Of a DNA stretch of 64,000 nt, positions 11,777 through 23,139 are shown in pieces. Location: positions 124,001-188,000 of the forward strand of contig SMSO01000032.1 of the NCBI GenBank assembly GCA_004764695.1, given 5' to 3'. The notes under the pieces were generated by a model, which made no database searches, had not been told where the DNA came from, and saw only the letters and a list, made by a program, of their open reading frames with translations. The DNA is from Schizochytrium sp. TIO01 (Eukaryota; Protista; Bigyra: Labyrinthulomycetes). Every line of letters starts with the position of its first letter. Position 1 is the first letter of the stretch. The position numbers were made by a program, and so were the translations under genes.

Positions 11777-14359
11777 ATGGGCAACGAGGCAGCCTCCCTG
11801 CAAGGGCGTGCGAACCTCGTCCCTTGTGCAAGACGGTTTACGCTTTGTGAGTTTTGGGCCTGCAACGCATGCAAAAGAAACTACCTGTGCAAAATACGGG
11901 GACCAGGTTTCAAGATAGGCGTTGCACGCATGTCTGCCTGCCTGAAGAGTGAAGAGAAGTTTAAGCGCTAACGAACATTTGAATTGAACCACACGTTACA
12001 TAGATCTGAAACGGGATGTAGAAGCTGTCATATCCCGTCACAACGACTGTGGCTCTCCATTGGCCATTGATATTGCTAAATTTGCGTTTATTACAGAAAT
12101 CCCTGAACATGTATGTTAAATATAGATTTATTAAAACGCACGGTCACACTAACATAAAACGGCAAACATGAGATACAGGATGTAAAAGCTGCCTTTGATA
12201 CATTTGACACAAAGTCGCAAAGCCTTCTCGATGCATGCGAACTATTGGCCATGATCATACTCGTGTCAAGTATAGAGCTAACAGAGAAACTCAAACTAAT
12301 CTACAGACTTTTTGACTTCGGTCGTCGGGATTCACTCACCTTAGACGAAATGGTCATTTTACTTCATTCAGTTGCAACAGGAGCAAACAAACTAGACCCC
12401 GCGGTACCATGCCCTGAGCTGGAGGTCCTGGAAATACTTGTAAAACGTACTTTCCGCCGCGTTGGTAAAACAATCGACGAAGAAATTACACCGGGGGAAT
12501 TAGAGATATTTTGTCAGTTAAACTCTCAAGTAGCGAATGTAGTTAGCTATATTACAGGGGCAGCACAGCTCGGCCGGATTCCTGAAGGTCAGAGATGGCA
12601 TGACCATAGCTTTGATGACTTGGAGAGAGTTCTTTACGGTGAAGCACCGAGTCAACACCCTGCTCACCTTACGTTGCGACCTTTCGGAGTACATAGTAAC
12701 TTCACCTGGCGTGAACCTCCTCCCAATTATGTTGTCATTGTACCCGCTGATATAACTGTTTCACGAGTTTGTCCAGGATATGCAAGCTCCCATGCGTTCT
12801 GTGAAGCAATTTCAATTCTTTCTGTACAGCCCATTGCACTACGCAAGCTCTTTGTCATAACTGGACAGGAAACAGCAGGGCGATTTACGTTGCGCTTTTT
12901 TCATAGAGGGGAGTGGGCTCATGTTTCAGTTGACGAGCGCATCGTATGCTCCAAGGCGAAATTTTGCGCCTCGTGTGGATCATTCGATAGACCTTTCACT
13001 GGGTTTTGCCATGCAACAGATCATGCAGGTGAAATTTGGATGCACCTTATCGAGAAAGCACTCGCTAAACTTGTTGGGTCCTACGCCCATTTAGCGTCTT
13101 ACACAGTATTGGATCTGCTTGAAATAATGACTGGGGGTGCATCTAGTATTGAGATTATGCAAAAAAATCCTATTGAATCGTACAAGATTTTGCATAGAGC
13201 TGACCTTCACGGTGCTCTGGGTCTCCGTCGCCGAATGCCTGAATCCATGCAAGATCGGCTTGCATCAAGTGAGCGAATAAAAAGCAAAGGGATAGTCCCC
13301 GGCATTGTTTATGCTGTACACGGAGTGCGACCTGGGTTTGTGGACTTGCGGCACCCAGCACAGTCGCGAAAGATATCCTACGTGGCGCCAAGCCTAGACC
13401 AGCCCATCAGGCAGACAGAACGAGTTAATGATGCTACCGCGAAATCTGAAAGCGAGTCAAAGAACACTAATAAAAGCGAGACCGAATCTGCAAAAGAGAG
13501 TGAAAATAAGAACGCAGGTTCGACAGATGTCCCTTCACCCATAGCGGAAAACAAAAGCAGCCAGGAAACGAGCGGGAAAGGTCAAGCCTCACTTGGGATT
13601 GAACCTTCAATAGATTACCAGATATTTACAATGCCGCTTGATGATGTTATGGAGATTTTCCATGAAGTCATTGCGTGTCATGTATTTGAGCCTGAAAGGT
13701 GGGTCTCACGTAGCGCCAGAATGTTTATGGTTGCAAGTGGGGGGCTAACGAGCTCAGCCTGGGCTCAAAATGATCAGCATTGTCTTGAAATTCTTGAGGA
13801 AAACGCAACCATAGCTATCAATGTCTATCAAGGGGCACCTACTCGGGGCACCACGTCTATTGCCATACTTGCACATGACTATGGCAGTGCCCATGAGGGC
13901 CCTGCAATTCCTGCTACTATAATACGTAGAAATATGCTACAGAATCATGTCGTTGTCGTGGATCCCGACAAACATTCGGCAACTCTGGAAGTAAATCTGT
14001 TGCGAGGAAAGTACGTCATTGTTGTCCTTGACGAGCGCATTGGTACACGAGTAGAGTATGCTATGCTTGTTCATTATAAACGAACTCCAGACGATACAAA
14101 GGGCGAAGGTTTCTCATTTTGGCCGTCTTGTGATGTGGACTGGCAAGACGTTGATTCTGCACGTGATGAAGCGCTTTCAATGGGTGCCACTGATAAGCTT
14201 AGTCCTGCCCAAATTCGTGAGCTTTACATCATCAAAGGATCCTCGAATAGTTTTGCCTCCGATGACTCAAATGCCAAACCTTTGGTCTATCTCTTACCTC
14301 ATTTGCATGCTCTTGCAGCCGCGCACACCCAATTCCTTGCTGCCAAATCCCTCTCATGA
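11777..14359 (+). CDS. Myristoylated EF-hand (calcineurin B/NCS-like) plus inactive calpain-like CysPc and domain III protein; exons 11777-11846, 12004-12110, 12179-14359 (785 aa)
   Basis: Introns 11847-12003 (GTGAGT, GCTAAC, TAG) and 12111-12178 (GTATGT, ACTAAC, CAG) join in frame: MGNEAAS...AFDTFDTKSQSLLDACEL...KLKLIYRLFDFGRRDSLTLDEM. Calpain motifs GRFTLRFFHRGEW..VSVDERI, EIWMHLIEKALAKLVGSY, GG...W.QNDQH.L. Confidence 0.8.
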
Positions 14360-14901
14360 TGATTATCACTTGTTAAGGTTTCTTCCAGTATATGTAACAT
14401 AATAAGTCTCTTTCAATACTTCAACTCGAGGCTTTGAGTTGTCCTTATCAATTAAGAAATCATTGTATCATTTGGAACAGCTTTCTGTCAAGTTACAATA
14501 CAGCACAAAGGCTTGCTTTATGCAAGGCTTGCGTGCGGTAAGGATTCACTGGCATCACCTCACATTCACATGAGTCTAAAAGATGTATGAGCTAGGTATA
14601 ATCGAGACTGACCAGTAGAAGCTTGATGAAGATCCACTACTGAGTTCTCCCCAGCTAGAGAATGTGATAGTTTTCTCGCTCTGTGAAGCTACAATGGTGG
14701 GCATTTCTCTTGTTCAAGCATAATCCTCGCACCATCTCTCCGTAGTAGTACCAGTTACCACTTACTACTTCTAGTGTAGTATAGCGGATGTTATAATGCT
14801 GGCTTCTCGAGAATCAAGAAGAAAGCAATCTCCAAACTAGAACACACTCCACGACCCCGCTTGTTCAACACCTTCGTGCAGTCTCTTCTCTGATATTTGC
14901 A

Positions 14902-15525
14902 ATGGAATTTACACAAGCGCAAGCGACTGGTGCTACTGCTGTTGCTGCGACTAACGGCCAAAGTTGCGATGCGGCATCCATGAAGCTCGGGCCGGAGTCT
15001 CGACGAGCGGAAACGACGCTTGTTGAGCTCGAAAAAGTACTTGCGGAGAACGCTTCGTCAACCCAAAGTCGAGAACTTCTCCGCGAGTGTGAGGCTGCAA
15101 TTAAGGGCGCTGAAATTGAGGTCAGAACCTCAGACATGGACCAAGATGCGAGGTCAAAGGCGCGAATTTGGCTCAGGGCACTCAAAACTAGGTTGCAAAG
15201 TGCGCAGAAACAAGCGCTTCTTGGAGGTGCTGGTGCAACTTCGGGCGCTGGGAATGCTGCAGGCGTCAAGGCTTTTAAGGACCGACAGGTCGGTGTCACT
15301 GAACGCATGGAAGGACAGGCCCAAACGCTGCAGGACTCCTTAAAAACTCTGCGCGAAACGGAAGATCAGGCCGCGGGCATCATGTTTTCGCTCGCTAAGC
15401 AGAAGGAAACCATTCAATCGGCTTCGAACAAGGTCCGGCAGGTTGATGATGACTTATCGTACTCCAACAAGCTCCTGAATAATATGAAGGCATGGTGGCG
15501 TATTGGATCTATTCAAGAAAAATGA
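14902..15525 (+). CDS. Vti1-like Qb-SNARE (Habc region plus SNARE helix) with no C-terminal TM helix
   Basis: Helical N-terminal domain ending in QALL, then SNARE heptads ETEDQAAGIMFSLAKQKETIQSASNKVRQVDDDLSYSNKLLNNM with zero-layer Gln. Start may be the later Met (MKLGP). Confidence 0.75.
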   Translation: MEFTQAQATGATAVAATNGQSCDAASMKLGPESRRAETTLVELEKVLAENASSTQSRELLRECEAAIKGAEIEVRTSDMDQDARSKARIWLRALKTRLQSAQKQALLGGAGATSGAGNAAGVKAFKDRQVGVTERMEGQAQTLQDSLKTLRETEDQAAGIMFSLAKQKETIQSASNKVRQVDDDLSYSNKLLNNMKAWWRIGSIQEK

Positions 15526-15845
15526 TCTGACACGCTGCTCTCCATCAGAAAACCCTTCATACTGATCATCACTCTTCGGCCAGACAGCCTTTCCAAGGTC
15601 AGGTGGTAGGGAGAAAGAAGTGAGGCAAAGTGTATACAAAATATGTTTCATGGCATTTACAATGTTAAAGATCATGCCTGTACATTTACGTTATGACTAC
15701 CACTACTACGGAAGAGCGCTACGAGTTATTTTTTCGACCGCAAATTGATCGAGGCATCTCTGCCAACGTTCTCTTTTGCGTACGACAAGAATGCTCCACG
15801 GTAATTAAATTTATATTTTTTTTGTTTTTCGTGAAATATTCAATC

Positions 15846-16583
15846 TTACATGACTTTGAAAAGCGCTTCATAAGTAGGATCGAGAACCACGATACGAACA
15901 ATGACGCTGTCACAAAGCTCAGTCTCCCTAAGTGCCGTAGAGACCGCTTCCACAGACTCTTGAATGGAAAAGCCTCGAGCGCCACTCCCTAGCAAAGGCA
16001 GGTCAATAGTCATTAGATTAGAGATGCTCGTTTTAGCCGATAATTCCAGGGCTGTGTTGATCCCGCTACAAAATGCAGACTTCAATAAGTCTTGAGCACC
16101 TTCTTCGTTCACAAAAGGCACAGCGACATGAACGATTGCGTCAAATCCCAAACCTCTCTTTCCAAGAGTGCCTGGTGCGCTTGTGTGTATAGCCGTCCCT
16201 AGTGGTATGAACTTCTCATCCTTCATTTTTGCTTGGAGGATGTTTTTCAGCTCCTGGCCACCCTCTTGATGGACGCGGCCGTCGATAACCTGCGTGGGAT
16301 ACAACATATTGGGCCCTGCTTCCATACCGCCCCATACAGAGGTCATCCCTTGCTCACCCACTGGCAGAGGTCCTCCACGTGGGAAATATGCGCATTTTGT
16401 ACCCTGAAGGAACTCATTTGCAGGGTTCACAAGCACTCGCAGATGCTCACAATAAGCGCTAGATTCTTGGTTCGTTCTAGCTGCTCCAGCACGAAGGAAG
16501 TTCCCCCTAGGTGCTTTGCTGACCACATCCTGTACGTGCCAAATTTCTACGTGTGGAGCAAGACTACGAAGGTATCTCCACAT
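15846..16583 (-). CDS. Macrodomain (Appr-1-p / ADP-ribose binding or hydrolase) protein
   Basis: VLVNPAN, VIDGRVHQEGG, GTAIHTSAP, AIVHVAVP and LPLLGSGARGF motifs. First ATG at 16583 (ORF track starts at a non-ATG codon, 16784). Confidence 0.85.
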   Translation of the reverse strand: MWRYLRSLAPHVEIWHVQDVVSKAPRGNFLRAGAARTNQESSAYCEHLRVLVNPANEFLQGTKCAYFPRGGPLPVGEQGMTSVWGGMEAGPNMLYPTQVIDGRVHQEGGQELKNILQAKMKDEKFIPLGTAIHTSAPGTLGKRGLGFDAIVHVAVPFVNEEGAQDLLKSAFCSGINTALELSAKTSISNLMTIDLPLLGSGARGFSIQESVEAVSTALRETELCDSVIVRIVVLDPTYEALFKVM

Positions 16584-18843
16584 GATTCTGATGCTTATTC
16601 GCGGGTTGCTCAGATTCGCTTTCCAATGCACACCGACAGAGCCGTTCCCAGCGTAGTTGCTGTTCAACTTTAACAACAACGCAAACTTTACTTTCAAACC
16701 CTTGAGCCTTTGACTCTTGAGCTCTTCAAGCTGACCACTGTTTTCGTTTCTTGATTCCTGGCGCCTTTGCGCAAATTGTGCCACGCCGCAGATTGGATGA
16801 TAGTTTTCGTTTTACTAATGCTAGTTAGAAACAGCAGTAGAAGTACCTTCACTAAGGTTTTAACTGGGTGAACAGAACCCCAACACCTTTTGCTCTGTAA
16901 AACGCTGTCGTAAACCCCTGACAAGATGAGCTTAAGCGCCCGATGTGATATCCGAGCGACGCGATCCAAAGGATATGTAGCTGAGCTCGTCTCGCCTCCT
17001 TTCCCGAGAGCCTCTTAAACGAAAGTACCTTACCCTGCAGAGAAACTGTAGTAGTATGAGTAATATTGAAAGTTAAAAGTTGCTACTTTTGGGCAATTTG
17101 TGGCACGAGCCGACCTAGTAGCCCAGCCTACCGTTGCCCCCGGCACGAACGCTCTCGGCAAGAGACACCCGGATTCTCAAAACGGCGCCGGTCTTGACAC
17201 GACTGGTCGAGTGCCGCAGTTGCTGCTTCTTAAATCCTGAATATCCCCAAACCTAAATGTGCAAAATGAATGGCTATATCGTCTCAGAAACAAAAACCAC
17301 GAGAAGGCAACGATCTCTCGAAATCATATAAAGCCAAAGCTGCTGCTGAGGTTTAAAGCCAAGTAAACAAAGGACACCCTCCAATCTATGGAAGCAAAAT
17401 GCAAGCGCGAATGCACGCACAGAGGAACGTAGACCCTCTGAAGGAGGGAGAAATCAATCAAAGAAAAACAATGGAAAGAAATCAGCTCGATCGAATAAAC
17501 CAATCAAGAACAGAATAACCAACAAAATCGCACTTCGAAGAACTTGAGTTACCAAGTGCAAGCGGACTCACTTCTGTTATCGAGTGCCTAGAGTGCTCGC
17601 TACAGTCTTTTGTGGCGGCCCGGCCTTGGTCAGTGGCAGCCGCAGCGGTATCCGAGCCTTGCGTCCGCACAGGCTCGAGGTAGATGACCAGCTGGCGCGA
17701 AACTAGGTCTGCAAGAAAATATTTTGTTTTGCACAAGAAGCGAGAACTCATAAAAACAGTTCTTAGGGAGGTACCTGCTCAGTTAGAAGAGCTTCAGAGA
17801 AGAAGAAGAAGAGCTTCGAGACCTGAAGAACTTCACAGAGGTCGAGGAGGAAGGAACTTGAATTTACTACGTAGTAGAAAATAGAAGAAGAACAAGAAAA
17901 AGAAGCACAAGTAACCTGGGTACTACCTAGGTACCGCGCATAGGTAATAGTGAGTTCGATTCTAACTGCAGTGACCAGAACCACCAAAAGCAAAACAACA
18001 ACTTCTAAAAGCAAAGTAAAGCAAAGCAAAATAAGCTGACCACGAACTTGAACTCCGAACCAGAGTCTCGGACAGCCCAGAACCAGTGGAACTAAACTCC
18101 CAAAACGAGGCAGACCAGGACATCAAACACGTCTGCCTCCAGTTGAGGAGGCCTCACTTCGACGAAAGCGTGCAAGCACAGGATCTTGGCTTCTCAGCGA
18201 GGATAGGCGAGGAATCTGCTCGAAACAAGCGGTCTTGGCTGCAAACTACAGATTATATAGTAGGTACATACTCCGTTCGCTCACTGACATTGGCTGGTGA
18301 GATTGAAAGACCGGTGGAGGCTATTATTCCAAGGGAGATTCGAGGTGCTACAGAAGTATAAAACATTCCAAAGACGCACTGGCTGTTGGGGAAAAGCTGC
18401 ACAGCCGTCGGGGCATTACCGTGTCGTAGAGACTTTCCACAAGAGCTTGCTTACATCCACTGCGCGTCATTCGCTTCCTTTAAGCCGGAGTCGCCGTCGT
18501 CCAACTGCCTTGAAAGCTCTATTTGGTTTGCAGACCACACAAAGCCCAACTTTGAACGCAGAGCCGCAGACTTTTGAGACGGCAATAACCGGTCAAGGAG
18601 GACTCGATCGAGGAGGACTCGAGAGCTCGCGGAGAGCAGAGGAGACTATAGGTGGGTGGTGAAGCGAGCTGCTTGCGGTTTGCGTCGCCGCCAGCGCAAT
18701 CGGTTCTTGGCACCCGGTCTCCGTATATTCCAATTCGCAAACCTCGTTTGGCGCAGGGTTCTCAATTCTCGATCGTGATCCAACTTCTCCTAATCGCGAA
18801 TTGGCAAAGAGCAAACTGCAAATAGATCTTCTTTGCAAGCGCC

Positions 18844-20262
18844 ATGGATTCTAACGAGCGCAGCAATCAAAATGGGATTGATCCGTGGGTCCAATCTCCA
18901 CGCAGCGAGCGCGATGCTCTGCAACTCATGTCACAAACACTGCACCAAGCATCACCTTCGCTCAATGTAGCTCGTAGACTCTCGCGCTCATGGACTGGTG
19001 ACTCCAGATCCGACCCAGGCGGACTTCGGGATAGTCTGCTTGAGCGAGGTGACACCGACATCGTGGAGGAGAATAAGTCAACCCTGGCGCAGGCTACATT
19101 TAACGGTGTCAATGTACTAGCGGGTGTTGGTGTTCTTTCGTTGCCTTTTGCATTTCGTCAGACTGGCTGGGCTCTTGGCCTTGGCTTTCTCATGTATCTC
19201 TGCGCAGTCACAAACTACACAGGCAAGCTGATTGGACGATGCATGAGCAAAAATGGGCAAATTCGTACATACGGAGATATTGGCTACGCTGCATTTGGGC
19301 GGGCAGGCCGCCGCTTTATCACCGTCATTTTCTGTCTCGAGCTGTTGGCCGCACTCTCAATGTTTGTAACACTCATGGGTGACAACCTGCACAAATTGAT
19401 TGGCACTGGTAACAAAGATCTTCTTTATACCATCTGCGCGGTCATTGTGCTGCCTACATGCTGGACGTCGCGTCTTGACTTGCTCTCGCATCTTAGCATT
19501 CTGGGTATCTTGAGTACATTGCTTCTTCTTGTGGCTGTAGTTGAGGTGGGCTTTTCAACGCCCAAGGGCCTTGAAGAAGGCGGTAGCTTTCGGGATGTAC
19601 ACTGGAGTGAGTTCAGGGCTGTTGAAGACCTTGCTCGCTTCCCGTATGCGATTGGCTTGCAAACAGTTGGCTTTGCTGGCCATGCTGTCTTTCCGTCTAT
19701 TTATGACTCGTTGCAGGACAAAAAGGTTTACCCGCGAGTCATTAATCAAACGTATGTGTGCGCTTCTCTGATCTACTGCACCATGGCCCTCTTAGGTTTC
19801 ATTCTTTTTACAACTCATACACAAGAAGAGTTGACCCTGAATCTCGTAGATGTTCGCGCAGGGGACCCGATGGTTATTCTTACAGTGGTGGGTGTCATTG
19901 TCAACCCTTTCACCAAATTCGCGTTGACACTCAACCCGCTTACTGCGATTGCTGAGCAAAAGGTTTTTGCAAACTCCACTAATGTTCCCCGCTGGAAGCA
20001 TTTGGTACTCCGTACATTCTTGGCGCTCTGCGCTTTGGGCCTTGCGGTAGGGCTGCCCTCGTTCGCCAGTATCTGCGCTTTTGTTGGTGCTTTCTGTTCG
20101 ATGGTAGTCTCCCTCATCTTCCCCGTTATGTGCTATCTGCGTCTTTTTGATCTTGGTCGTGCCAAGAAGGTATGGTTGTGGACTCTCATCATTATTAACA
20201 CTATCCTTTGCATCATCGGTACTGTGGCTGTGTTTTTCCCTCCCGCTCCGGACCCACAATAA
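18844..20262 (+). CDS. Vacuolar amino acid transporter, AAAP/Aa_trans family (AVT1-like)
   Basis: STLAQATFNGVNVLAGVGVLSLPFAF, YTGKLI, TYGDIG.AAFG, FAGHAVFPSIY and NPFTKFAL motifs; about 11 hydrophobic segments; N-terminal RDSLL dileucine-like signal. Confidence 0.92.
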   Translation: MDSNERSNQNGIDPWVQSPRSERDALQLMSQTLHQASPSLNVARRLSRSWTGDSRSDPGGLRDSLLERGDTDIVEENKSTLAQATFNGVNVLAGVGVLSLPFAFRQTGWALGLGFLMYLCAVTNYTGKLIGRCMSKNGQIRTYGDIGYAAFGRAGRRFITVIFCLELLAALSMFVTLMGDNLHKLIGTGNKDLLYTICAVIVLPTCWTSRLDLLSHLSILGILSTLLLLVAVVEVGFSTPKGLEEGGSFRDVHWSEFRAVEDLARFPYAIGLQTVGFAGHAVFPSIYDSLQDKKVYPRVINQTYVCASLIYCTMALLGFILFTTHTQEELTLNLVDVRAGDPMVILTVVGVIVNPFTKFALTLNPLTAIAEQKVFANSTNVPRWKHLVLRTFLALCALGLAVGLPSFASICAFVGAFCSMVVSLIFPVMCYLRLFDLGRAKKVWLWTLIIINTILCIIGTVAVFFPPAPDPQ

Positions 20263-20949
20263 TCATGAGCATTGGATATGTTATTCACAACACAGCGATG
20301 CTAAGCTACCCAACATTGGCAATGCTCAATCCTCTTTTGGAGTGAGGCATTTACCCTCCCTTTTGTAGAAGTAAATATGCAAACACTAAACCACATCTAT
20401 CAACTAATTGTTTAGACCCCTTTGAATGACTACGTAGCCAATGCATCTATGTTGAACTTTTCGTGCCTTGATGTTGCTTTCCATGCGATCATCGATAACC
20501 TATAAGCTTGCAACGGCAAAAATAGAATCAGATAAGCTACCTGTTAGCTGCATGCACATATGTGCACACGAAAGAAAACATTCCTATGGTTTGAGTCGGA
20601 TTTCATAGTTCAACTTTGTAGAATTTTGTTCGTCTCAGAGGTTTCGTCGATTCTGCTGCTCAAGATGCTATCGCCTTGATTTTCTGAACAACAATGAATT
20701 TACTTACTCATAGTATTTAGTTACCACTCCCTAGTCTTAACAATACTAGAACTCGCTAGCCGTATAGAATGATGAATGAAATAGCAAAACGCAAAGCAGA
20801 AAGACGAAGCACAAGCACGTTCTTGGCGCTTCCGAGCTTTCGTGCAAAGTTCTCTTCTCGCACGGCCTTGTGAGGTCATTGGTGTATCTCGACTGAGTAC
20901 TCAGCCAGTGAAGTGTGGAGAGTGGGTAGTTTACCGAGCCATTAGAAGC

Positions 20950-21653
20950 ATGTCCTCACCTGCGAATCCTGCTGCGCTGCAGCTGTACAGGACCATCCTC
21001 CGCCTCCACAGACAGAAACTGCCGCACAGACTCCGTGAGCTTGGTGATTCCTACGTCAAGTAAGTTTATGGCCTTAGGTCTTATCATTTTCAAATGAGAC
21101 ACTGGTAGCAGAGATCCGATGCAGAACTTTTATTGTGAAGATGGTCTTGAAAATCGCCAACAGGATATGCCGAAAATTAATGCATTGATGAATATAAAGA
21201 GTGCAGTTTTGACGATTGCTAACTATATACTTGATGGGAATGTTTCATTTTGATTCGTAGGAAAGAGTTCAAGGACCACAAGGTTGCAAAGCCAGAGTTT
21301 GTGCAGATGTTCATGACGGAGTGGCAAAAGTATGCTCAAAGCCTTGCTGCCCAGCGCAGTGATGGCGATACTCGGGTACGTTTAATATATTATATGTCAC
21401 AAATTCTCAAATCACCACGCAAATCGACATATCTACAATGAATTGGAGTAGTCTGAAATGTGATGCAGCAATGATCTCATTTTAATATCTATGGATGACT
21501 GACCTAATTGATCCCCGTACAAATTTGTAAAACCGCATCACCAACCTACAGTTCGGCTTAGATCTCGACGAGGAGACCATCGCCAACATGAACGCAGACC
21601 AGCGTGCCAGCCTCGAGCGCCTGCGCCAGGAGGCCACCAACTTCAAGCGGTGA
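20950..21653 (+). CDS. SDHAF3: Succinate dehydrogenase assembly factor 3 (ACN9/Sdh7, LYR family); exons 20950-21059, 21261-21375, 21552-21653 (108 aa)
   Basis: Introns GTAAGT..TAG and GTACGT..CAG splice in frame to give LYRTILRLHRQKLPHRLRELGDSYVKKEFKDHK...FMTEWQKYAQSL...FGLDLDEETIANMNADQRASLERLRQEA, the ACN9 signature. Confidence 0.88.
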
Positions 21654-23139
21654 TTTACTTTCTTTTGGCTGTTCTTGCTGCGCTCGGGTCGCTTTTGGCC
21701 ATTCCACCTTATTATTAGTCCTCGTACAAATGTACTTAACCAAAAAGAATCAGCTGTCTGTCTCCTGCTTCCCTCTCTCTCCACTGGGCCAATTTTCCGA
21801 GCTCCCTCACAAGATTTCCTTTTACTGCTCCAGTGTATTAAATAGTAATGCATGGTCAATTTTTATCTCCTTTGTCAGAGGGACTTTGCGGATATGCCCT
21901 TTGAAGCCCCACTGGGCGCCACCTCCCTCCCAGCAAGAGGAAGCATGAAACCTTGGAGTAGTAGGTACCTAGTTGTCTCCCTGCGGGAACTTTGGTAGCT
22001 GTGCCCTGTAAACTATAATCGCTAGATGCTCTGAACACCCGAAAGACCGTCAAAGAGAGCAGAGTCTTCCCTGCCTTCATGCACGCAGGAATACTTCTCG
22101 CCTGCGACCGTCTTCTATTCTTGCTGCGTCTTGACCGTTTCCAGGATCCTCGATCTTCCGTAATTCTTGCACTCTTCAACCCTTTCGATACTCCTTCTCT
22201 GGTAGTGCTACCATTAAACATAACTGTGGTGCTAGTGCTACGTTGAGAAATATAAACGAAAGAAAGCTTCAGTTTTTATGCAGAGGGCTTTAAAGCTATC
22301 ATCATTGGAGATATATGGCTTCTTTTGCCCTCTTTATGGGTAAGAGAAAGTGACGACGATTGTTTACTGTTGTTTGGAGATTACGCTTTATACTATGGGA
22401 GAAGGTCGCCGCTTCAACAGATAGATATCTTGATAAAGTGAAAGTTTACTGGAATAACTCACTTGCGGGAGGGTATAGCTCACTTGCAGTGGAGGTTATA
22501 AGTGGCTTTTTAAATATATGTGCTGTTTGCTTCCTTTCCTTTCAATGAGGAAAAGAGTTTCGAAGAAAGAGACAAAAAGACGCTATAAAGATCGATCTCG
22601 ACGGTATCGCCTTCTAGGACGCGCACGTGGCGCCGGCGCGGCGTGAAGCGGAGATTGCTCGGCCAAGGGGATAGAGTTTAGCTCTCTGAGCTTGGGTTGG
22701 CAAAGAAAGGCTGTCTCTACTGTGCAGAAGCGTTGTTTGAGGCTTTGCAAGGCGGCCATTGTGACATTCTGCGACACCTTTTCACGCCGAGCACCCGCCA
22801 TTTAGACATCCAAAGCTTAGTGCGTAGGCCAAGCCGCGCTACGCGGCGGAAAAATCGCTTTGCTGCTAAGCTTTGCTTTTTGACATCAAGGAAACAAGTG
22901 TATTTGAATACACCAGCGTTGAGAAGGGTGCCAGAGTCGACTCAGGAGACAAGGAAAGGGCCGTAGTAGTGCCTGCCTAGTCGATACCCTAGCACACGGA
23001 GACAATCTCAACGTTGCAGACCACAACTTATTGGAGACGAATTTACAATACGTGCTGAAAATCTTCGTGATCTGCGAACGTTGAAAACACAAGGCGCAGG
23101 ATTTTGAAAGAAGCCGAGATTTATATTGGACTCAACAGA

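Noticed and set aside
17940-17970. GTTCGATTC T-loop-like word suggesting a tRNA
   Set aside because: No T-stem, acceptor stem or cloverleaf pairing around it.
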